Assembly: GCA_052386995.1 (NCBI GenBank)
Contig: JBQTJP010000179.1
Location: 1-13,246 of the forward strand
Direction: 5' to 3'
DNA length: 13,246 nucleotides
From: Armatimonadota bacterium
GTDB taxonomy: Bacteria > Sysuimicrobiota > Sysuimicrobiia > Sysuimicrobiales > Humicultoraceae
Of this stretch, positions 7,223-13,246 are shown piece by piece. The notes under the pieces were generated by a model. It did no database searches. It was not told the DNA's origin and was given only the letters and a program-made list of their open reading frames with translations. The first letter of the stretch is position 1; the number at the start of each line of letters is the position of its first letter. The position numbers were made by a program, and so were the translations under genes.

Positions 7223-8965
7223 CTATATAAGTCCCATCGCGGTGAGCCGGAGGCGCAGATCGTGCGCGCGTGCCTCCATCGCCGCCCGGCTCATGGTGCG
7301 ATAGCGTTCGGCTAGAAAGTCTTGGAACGTGGACTCCAGCGCCGCCTGCAGCTCCATGAACTCGATCATGGTCTCATTGCGCGTGGGCCGATATCGCTCG
7401 GCTGTGCTGATCAGGTGATCGGCTGCGAGGACCGGGGTCCCGTCCTGGCGAGGCGCGGTCCGCCGGGCCACGGTGACGAGCGCTTCGATCTCGGCCGGTG
7501 AGTACTCGGCGATCTTGTCGGCCACGGGTGCCAGGTCGTCTGGCAGGCGGGCGCGGAGGTGCTCCGCCACGATCCGCAGCACGCCGAGCGGATCGTCGGC
7601 CGCGTAAAAGATCGGGATCTTGAGATCGCCGAGACGTCCCGGCCGCTTCGTCGCTTCATCCATGGCGTCCGGACGGTTCGTCATCCAGATGACCAGGATC
7701 CGCCCGCGGTGGCGTGAATCGGCGAGGAACTTGCTCCACATCCCCCATAAGCGCTGGCTGACGCCCGAGTCACCACGCTCGCCGCGCTGGCCGTAGGTCT
7801 GATCGATCTCGTCCCAGAGCACGACGACTCCGCCGACGGATTCGAGAAAATTGATGACCTTTTCAGAGTTGCGCTCGCTCTGCCCCACGTACTCGGCGCG
7901 CAGGTTGCCGATCTCGACGATCGGCACGCCGAGCTCCTTCGCGATCGCGATTCCGATGTAGCTCTTGCCGGTGCCCGGGGGGCCGAGCAGTCCGATCGCC
8001 ATCGGCACGTTGGCCGTATCGCCGCGGCGAAAGGCGTCGATCACGACGCGCAGCTCTTCTTTGGCCGCCTGCATGCCGGCGACCGCATCGAGACCGTGAC
8101 GGGGCTCCACGACTTTGATCAGGCCGCCGTACTCGTCCTCGATCAGCTCGTTCTTCCGCCGCGCGACCTCATCGAACGTCAGCCGGGCGTCGCCGCGCCG
8201 GGCCTGTTTGAGCAACCCCTCGATCTTAATCAGCGACAGCCCCGCGGTCAGGCCGGCCAGGCGCTCCGGGGGCATCTCGGTTTGCAGCGGCTCGCGCCGC
8301 AGCACCGACTGGATGAAGCGCAGCCGCTCGGGCTCATCAGGAAACGGGATGCGGACGCTGTCGAGCTGCGGGTTGCCCCGCCAGAGGTCGGGATGCACCG
8401 TCGACTGATGCTCGCTGACCAGGATGATGAAGTTGTTGCGCGCGAGGAAGGCCGGCTCGAAGCCCCAGCGCTGCAGCAGCGTGACGTGGCGGCGGTCGTC
8501 CAGCGACAGTCCTGCGGCCTCACCGGCCGGTGCGATCTTCTCGGCGTGATCGATAAAGAGGAAGACGTTATTGCGAAGGCTGAGCAGCCGGCCCAGGATC
8601 GGGAGCACGACGCGGGGGTCGCGCAGTTCGGCGCGAACCGCCTCCCAGTCATCCGGCTGAAGGGTCGAGTGTCCCGCGATGGAGCCACGGACTTTGTAGA
8701 ACGCCAGGAACTCACGCAGCATCTGGTCGCTCCCAAACGACAGTCCGTCGGCGAGATTGTAGTATGCGACGAGCATCTGGGGGGCGCCGGCGAGGGACTG
8801 TGTCAGGAACTCACGGAGCCGGAGGTAGACGCCCCCGAGCGGATACACATCGTAGATGTTAGTATGCAGCAAGAACTGGCTCGCCGCACCACTCTCGTAC
8901 TTCGCCCGGATGTCCTCGGTCCAGGACGGCAGCGCGAGCGCTCCGTCTATGATCGCGTCATCCAT
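7223..8965 (-). CDS. AAA+ ATPase (classical clade; degenerate N-terminal AAA-like domain plus one intact module)
   Basis: 580 aa. Walker A GPPGTGKS (nt 7961-7984), pore loop EYVGQSE, Walker B VVLWDEID, and second region of homology TNRPDAMDEATKRPGRL. The N-half has FLFIDHAE and IPFPDEPERL but no Walker A. Confidence 0.92.
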   Translation of the reverse strand: MDDAIIDGALALPSWTEDIRAKYESGAASQFLLHTNIYDVYPLGGVYLRLREFLTQSLAGAPQMLVAYYNLADGLSFGSDQMLREFLAFYKVRGSIAGHSTLQPDDWEAVRAELRDPRVVLPILGRLLSLRNNVFLFIDHAEKIAPAGEAAGLSLDDRRHVTLLQRWGFEPAFLARNNFIILVSEHQSTVHPDLWRGNPQLDSVRIPFPDEPERLRFIQSVLRREPLQTEMPPERLAGLTAGLSLIKIEGLLKQARRGDARLTFDEVARRKNELIEDEYGGLIKVVEPRHGLDAVAGMQAAKEELRVVIDAFRRGDTANVPMAIGLLGPPGTGKSYIGIAIAKELGVPIVEIGNLRAEYVGQSERNSEKVINFLESVGGVVVLWDEIDQTYGQRGERGDSGVSQRLWGMWSKFLADSRHRGRILVIWMTNRPDAMDEATKRPGRLGDLKIPIFYAADDPLGVLRIVAEHLRARLPDDLAPVADKIAEYSPAEIEALVTVARRTAPRQDGTPVLAADHLISTAERYRPTRNETMIEFMELQAALESTFQDFLAERYRTMSRAAMEARAHDLRLRLTAMGLI

Positions 8966-8996
8966 CGGCGAGTGCCCCGCTTTCCCGCGTCCGGCG

Positions 8997-9803
8997 TCAC
9001 GCTTCCCGCGCCCGCTGGATCTGCTCCATCACGGGCCGGACCTCCTCCAGAGCCTGCTCCGTGCTCTCCACGCCGGACAGGATCTCCTTGAGACCCTGTG
9101 GCTCACGCCCGGCCGCGCTCCACGAGACGAGCTTGTCGGCGAGGTAGGCGATGCTGTGCTCCAGCGTGGAAATCTGCGAGGTCACGATCTCCAGATTGCG
9201 CCGCATCTCCGCGTACTCCCTCAGGCGCTTCTCGAGGACGTCCAGCCGCTGCTGCTCGACACGCACCAGGTCGGGATGATCGATCTCCCGCATGCGGCGC
9301 TTGACCTGCTGCGCTTCGGCCAGCAGCGCTTTCGCATCGACGGTGGCGAGATAGGCGCCGGCCGCCACCCGGACGGCGAGGAGGTCGAGCATTTGGTCGA
9401 GGAGGTCCTCGACGCGGTCGAGCTCGGCCTGCGCGATCTGGCGCGTCTCTTGAGTCAGAGAGTCACGGGCGCCCGAAAGGCGCCGCTGGGTTGCGCGAAA
9501 TCGCTCTCGATCGCCTCGGGGAAGTGCGCCGAGGGCCCGCTGCCGCCAGGCCTCGCGGCGCCGGCCGCGGCGGTGTGCGCGCTGTATCGCGAGATACCGC
9601 TCGAACCACCGGCTGCCCGGGGCATTGATGAGGTACAGCGCCTCGGCGGTCCCGCCCACGATCAGGGGAAGGGGGCTGCCCGTCAGCACGGCAAGAGCCG
9701 CTAAGCCCCCAAGCCCGATGAGGTTGAAATCCTGGAGCAGGGCCTCAACGATCTTGGGCCGGCGCGGCTCGGAAGGCTCTTGCGACGGGGCGGGCCCGGT
9801 CAC
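8997..9803 (-). CDS. Hypothetical membrane protein: N-terminal TM hairpin plus long coiled-coil region
   Basis: 268 aa, GTG start 3 nt after the upstream stop. Hydrophobic LIGLGGLAALAVLTGSPLPLIVGGTAEALYLI, an Arg-rich stretch, then heptad-like E/Q/R/L-rich helices. Confidence 0.8.
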   Translation of the reverse strand: MTGPAPSQEPSEPRRPKIVEALLQDFNLIGLGGLAALAVLTGSPLPLIVGGTAEALYLINAPGSRWFERYLAIQRAHRRGRRREAWRQRALGALPRGDRERFRATQRRLSGARDSLTQETRQIAQAELDRVEDLLDQMLDLLAVRVAAGAYLATVDAKALLAEAQQVKRRMREIDHPDLVRVEQQRLDVLEKRLREYAEMRRNLEIVTSQISTLEHSIAYLADKLVSWSAAGREPQGLKEILSGVESTEQALEEVRPVMEQIQRAREA

Positions 9804-9806
9804 GTG

Positions 9807-11225
9807 CTACGGGACAATCACTCGATCTGCGACGAAGTCACGCTCGCGCGCCCGGACCAGTACCCAGGGCTTGCCGACCGCCTCGCCGTTCGCATCGAAG
9901 GCGATCTTACCCGTCACACCGATGTGGGCGGGACGCGAGCGGCCGATGCCGGCCAGGTAGGCCTGGATCGCCTGCCGTGTGCTGCTCCCGTCGCGAAGGG
10001 CGTTGAGGATCAGCACGGCGGCATCGTATGACGAGGCCATGTTCTGGTTCGCCGGGGCCCCCATGGCGGCTTCAAACTGTCGCGCGAACTCTTCCGCGCG
10101 CGGGAGCAAAGGTGAGTTCCGCACCGTGTAGTGGTAGAAAGCCGTCGCGCGCACGCCGCGGACCGCCTCGCCGCCGGATGCGAACAGGCCCTGACTGTAC
10201 ACCGCGTCACCGCCGAGGATCGGCACGGTGACGCCCATGTCCCGCAGCATGCGCGCAATCTTGCCGGCATCCGAGTACTCTCCTGTGACCAGCACGGCGT
10301 TGGCGCCCCGCAGGTCGGCGGTGATGCGAATCTCACCGTTGACCGTAAAGGGATTGCTGATGACCTGCCCGCCCAGCTGTTCGTAGAGCCGCTGGAAGTT
10401 CTCTGCGAGGCCGCGCGAGTAGGCGTCCTCGGGATCCGCGAAGAGGACCGTCGTGCGATGGCCCTCTCTCCAGATGGCGTTGGCGAGCGCCCTCGCTTGC
10501 TCCCCGTCATGGCCTACTACTCTGAAGATGTAGTCGCCGAGCTCCGCAATGGCTGGATTCGTCGAGGTCGAGGTGATCTCAGGCACCCCTGCACTCTGGT
10601 AGAGCGGCCCAGCGGCCAGCGTCGCGCGACTGTTGTAGTGGCCGATGACGGCGAGCACGTCGGGATCGCCGGTGATGCGCTGGGCAACTCTCACCGCCTC
10701 CTCGGCGGACGCCTTGTCGTCGTGAAAGTTCACGACGACCCTCCGCCCCCGGATTCCGCCGGCCTGGTTGGCCACTCGCTGCGCATACTGCACGCCGAAG
10801 AGGATCTGCAGACCGTACTGTTCCTGGGCGCCGGAGAAAGGTCCGGCGACAGCAATCTCCCACACCGGCTTGCCGGGCAGCAAGGCGTAGGCGTTCTCGC
10901 GCAGCGTGATCGACTCGATGTCGAGCGGATTCGCGGTAGTCGCACGTCCGAGGCTCGCGATCGCCCCGGCGTAGTCGCCGGCCGCGTACTGACCACGGCC
11001 GCGCTCCCGGGCGGTCCGGGCTTCGCTGCCCACCGCCGGGGCCGGCGTCGTCTCGACTCGGGGCGGAGGCGCCGGGGAAGGCGTACGCTCGGCCTGAGGC
11101 GGCCGCGTGGGGAATCGCGGTGGCCGGATATTCCTGGCCGCCTCCGGATGCGTGTAAAACCAGTACCCGAGCAACAGGAAGACAACCAGCGTCAGTGTGA
11201 CCTTGCCGAACCGGGTGAGACCCAT
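9807..11225 (-). CDS. Membrane-anchored LivK/LivJ-type (periplasmic binding protein type 1) ligand-binding protein with TPR-like repeat
   Basis: 472 aa. N-terminal TM (VTLTLVVFLLLGYWFY), Pro-rich linker, TPR-like GRGQYAAGDYAGAIASLGRATTANP. Then IAVAGPFSG, N..GGIRG, HDDKAS, VLAVIGHYNS, TSTNP, YIFR, YSRGLA..F, YDAA and GVTGKIAFD.NG. Confidence 0.88.
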   Translation of the reverse strand: MGLTRFGKVTLTLVVFLLLGYWFYTHPEAARNIRPPRFPTRPPQAERTPSPAPPPRVETTPAPAVGSEARTARERGRGQYAAGDYAGAIASLGRATTANPLDIESITLRENAYALLPGKPVWEIAVAGPFSGAQEQYGLQILFGVQYAQRVANQAGGIRGRRVVVNFHDDKASAEEAVRVAQRITGDPDVLAVIGHYNSRATLAAGPLYQSAGVPEITSTSTNPAIAELGDYIFRVVGHDGEQARALANAIWREGHRTTVLFADPEDAYSRGLAENFQRLYEQLGGQVISNPFTVNGEIRITADLRGANAVLVTGEYSDAGKIARMLRDMGVTVPILGGDAVYSQGLFASGGEAVRGVRATAFYHYTVRNSPLLPRAEEFARQFEAAMGAPANQNMASSYDAAVLILNALRDGSSTRQAIQAYLAGIGRSRPAHIGVTGKIAFDANGEAVGKPWVLVRARERDFVADRVIVP

Positions 11226-11228
11226 TGT

Positions 11229-11957
11229 CTACTGCTGCGTCTCCGTCTGCTTGGCCGGCTGCATGGTCTTCGTCACGGGCTCTTCCGGCAGCATGCCCAA
11301 TTGCCGCTTGTACTCGCGCAGTTGCTCCTCGACGCCGATCTGCGCGGTGGCACGGCGGATATCGCGCAGCTTCGCGTCCACGTCCTTCGTGGCCAGTTCT
11401 ACCCGTGCCTGGGCCTGGGCGGCCCGATCGCGGATGCGGTCGCGAGCCCGCTGCAGGACGTCGGACTGATCCCCAATCTCAAATGACGCCATCAGACCGG
11501 AGAGCTCTTCCTGCATCCGGATCATCTCCTGCTGCGAGATCAGGGCACGGGCCTCGCGCACGCGGCGCTCGACCTCCAGCCGCGCGTCATCAAGGGCCTT
11601 GCGCGCCTGCTCGCTGGCAGTCTTCGCGCTCCCGTACTGGTCTTTGGTCTCGATCAGGCTCTGCTCGGCGGTCGCTTTGGCCGCGATCAGCATCTTGGCC
11701 TCGGCCTCATACTGCGGGCCGAGTTTCACCGCCGCGATAATTTGCCTGTCTAGATCGCCGACCTGGCTTTCCAATTCCTCGATCTGCGCTTTGAGCTTCA
11801 GCTCGGTGGCGATCACACTGGCGGCCGTCGCGCGCATCGTCGGAATCTTGGAGCGCACATCGTCGATGTATTGCTCGAGCATGACCTTCGGGTCCTCGGC
11901 CATGCGGATGAACAGCCCGAGGAACGCGCGGATCACGTTGCGGAGCCTCCGGAGCAT
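11229..11957 (-). CDS. PspA/IM30 (Vipp1, ESCRT-III superfamily) protein
   Basis: Likely start is ATG 11957 (GGAGG 7 nt upstream), giving 242 aa. Amphipathic N-helix MLRRLRNVIRAFLG, EDPKVMLEQYIDD motif, long coiled coils, and C-terminal VEEQLREYKRQLG. Confidence 0.9.
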   Translation of the reverse strand: MLRRLRNVIRAFLGLFIRMAEDPKVMLEQYIDDVRSKIPTMRATAASVIATELKLKAQIEELESQVGDLDRQIIAAVKLGPQYEAEAKMLIAAKATAEQSLIETKDQYGSAKTASEQARKALDDARLEVERRVREARALISQQEMIRMQEELSGLMASFEIGDQSDVLQRARDRIRDRAAQAQARVELATKDVDAKLRDIRRATAQIGVEEQLREYKRQLGMLPEEPVTKTMQPAKQTETQQ

Positions 11958-12002
11958 GCGTGGACCTCCCTTCTCGTGCAGGGGAAGCATTTCCCAGCCG
12001 GT

Positions 12003-12019
12003 CGCAAGACCCCTGCCGG
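12003..12019 (-). promoter_or_regulatory. Possible sigma54 (-24/-12) promoter for the pspA-like operon
   Basis: The minus strand reads CCGGCAGGGGTCTTGCG, an exact GG-N10-GC spacing with GGCA and TTGC, about 46 nt upstream of ATG 11957. Three mismatches to YTGGCACGRNNNTTGCW. Confidence 0.4.
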
Positions 12020-12096
12020 TCAGAGATATTGAGTGTCCGGTCCTCGTGCGGCGACCGAATGGAAACCTCTGGCCCGCATCGAACTACGGCTCCACG

Positions 12097-13246
12097 ATGC
12101 GGCCAGAGACCAGATACGCGAAGAGCGGCGACATCCACATCGCCTACCAGGTGATCGGCGACGGTCCGCTGGATCTCGTCGTCGCCCCCTCATCGTTCAC
12201 GCACATCGAGCACGGCTGGGAGGAACCCTCGTTTGTTCGATACCTCCAACGGCTGGCGTCCTTCTCCCGCACGATCATCTTTGACAAGCGTGGGATGGGA
12301 CTTTCCGATCGGGTGGCGCTCGCCACGCTCGAGGAGCGGATGGACGACCTGCGGGCGGTCATGGACGCCGTCGGGTGCGAGCGCGCTGCCCTGCTCGGCT
12401 CGTCCGAAGGCGGCCCGATGGCAGCCCTGTTTGCGGCCACGTACCCCGAGCGCACGCCGGCACTGGTCCTGTACGGGACACCCGCCTCCTATACCTGGGC
12501 TCCGGATTATCCGTGGCAGCGGACCCGCGAGGAGTGGGAAAAGGCTCTTCAGCAGGCAGCCGCGACGATCGCGGACAGGTGGGGCCGCGTCGCCGATCTC
12601 AGCAGGATGGCGCCGAGCCGCGCCAACGACGAGCGGTTCAAGGAGTGGTGGATTACCGATCAGCGACTGGCGGGCAGCCCTGGCGCGGCGCTCGCTCTCT
12701 CTCGTATGAATGCCGAAATCGACATCCGGCACGTCCTGCCGGCGATCCGCGTCCCGACTCTCGTGCTTCATCGCACCGGCGACCAGGTGATCAAGGTGGA
12801 AGAAGGCCGGTACGTCGCCGGGCGGATTCCCGGCGCGAAGTTTGTCGAATTGCCCGGTGTCGACCACCTTCAGTTTGCCGGCGACATGGACGCCCTCATC
12901 AGCGAGATCGAGGAGTTTCTGACCGGAGTCCGGCACGCCCCTGAACCCGAACGCGCCCTGGCCACGGTGTTGTTCACAGACATCGTCGGTTCCACCGATC
13001 GGGCTGCAGAGATCGGAGACCACCGGTGGCGAGAACTGCTCGAGGCGCACAATGCCCTGGTGCGCAAGGAACTGGCCCGCTTCCGGGGCCGCGAGATCCA
13101 GACCACCGGGGACGGCTTTCACGCGACGTTCGACGGGCCGGCAAGAGGCATCCGATGTGCCTGCGCGATCGGCGATGCCCTTCGGCCATTGGGAATCGCT
13201 ATCCGCGCCGGGCTGCACACCGGGGAAGTGGAGCTCTTGGACGACA
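12097..13246 (+). CDS. Alpha/beta-hydrolase plus class III adenylate/guanylate cyclase fusion (LipJ/Rv1900c-like), truncated by window end
   Basis: Hand-translated, open to the window end: MRPETRYAKSGDIHIAYQVIGDGPLDLV...FDKRGMGLSDR...LLGSSEGGPM...VLHRTGD...PGVDH...ERALATVLFTDIVGST...EIQTTGDGF...IRAGLHTGEVE. It is absent from the ORF track because it has no stop in the window. Confidence 0.93.
   Translation, partial: MRPETRYAKSGDIHIAYQVIGDGPLDLVVAPSSFTHIEHGWEEPSFVRYLQRLASFSRTIIFDKRGMGLSDRVALATLEERMDDLRAVMDAVGCERAALLGSSEGGPMAALFAATYPERTPALVLYGTPASYTWAPDYPWQRTREEWEKALQQAAATIADRWGRVADLSRMAPSRANDERFKEWWITDQRLAGSPGAALALSRMNAEIDIRHVLPAIRVPTLVLHRTGDQVIKVEEGRYVAGRIPGAKFVELPGVDHLQFAGDMDALISEIEEFLTGVRHAPEPERALATVLFTDIVGSTDRAAEIGDHRWRELLEAHNALVRKELARFRGREIQTTGDGFHATFDGPARGIRCACAIGDALRPLGIAIRAGLHTGEVELLDD

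Noticed and set aside
7223..8965. ATPase as PspF, FtsH or a true Vps4 orthologue
   Set aside because: No GAFTGA loop or HTH (PspF), no TM segments or HEXXH protease motif (FtsH), and no recognisable MIT domain (Vps4).
9200..11330. Shared LREY tetrapeptide in the PspA C-terminus and the 268-aa protein as a common ATPase-recognition motif
   Set aside because: Four common helical residues can easily match by chance; an alignment of homologues would be needed.
11958..11990. Longer PspA start at 11990 (MLPLHEKGGPR extension)
   Set aside because: The extension contains the GGAGG RBS for ATG 11957, and the family's amphipathic helix begins at MLRRL.
233..13218. Long antisense or alternate-frame ORFs (233-1234, 2651-4171, 6345-7304, 8096-9091, 8856-9704, 10131-11486, 12190-13218)
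   Set aside because: They are shadows of well-supported genes, expected in high-GC DNA with few stop codons, and carry no recognisable motifs.
1..13246. CRISPR arrays, tRNA/rRNA, IS elements, intrinsic terminators
   Set aside because: No spaced repeats, RNA gene signatures, transposase or integrase motifs, or hairpin plus U-tract were seen. Intergenic gaps are all short.

Overview
High-GC bacterial window with 11 protein-coding genes. No rRNA, tRNA, CRISPR array or mobile element is recognisable. (1) A + strand run: an ECF-type promoter, a DUF2330-like exported protein, a cupredoxin, an ornithine cyclodeaminase/mu-crystallin-family enzyme, and a HAL/PAL-fold lyase that lacks the MIO-forming Ala-Ser-Gly motif. 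(2) A - strand run: PspA/IM30 (bacterial ESCRT-III family), a membrane-anchored TPR plus LivK-type ligand-binding protein, a TM-hairpin/coiled-coil protein, a classical-clade AAA+ ATPase, a gamma-glutamyltransferase-family enzyme, and then a separate exported hypothetical protein. (3) A divergent LipJ/Rv1900c-like alpha/beta-hydrolase plus class III cyclase that runs off the window end and is missing from the ORF track. The two best leads are the compact PspA + orphan sensor + membrane adaptor + AAA operon (a possible ligand-responsive ESCRT-III/Vps4-like membrane-remodelling system) and the MIO-less lyase coupled to an OCD-family enzyme (an unknown amino-acid-derivative pathway). All family calls come from motif recognition by eye; no searches were run.
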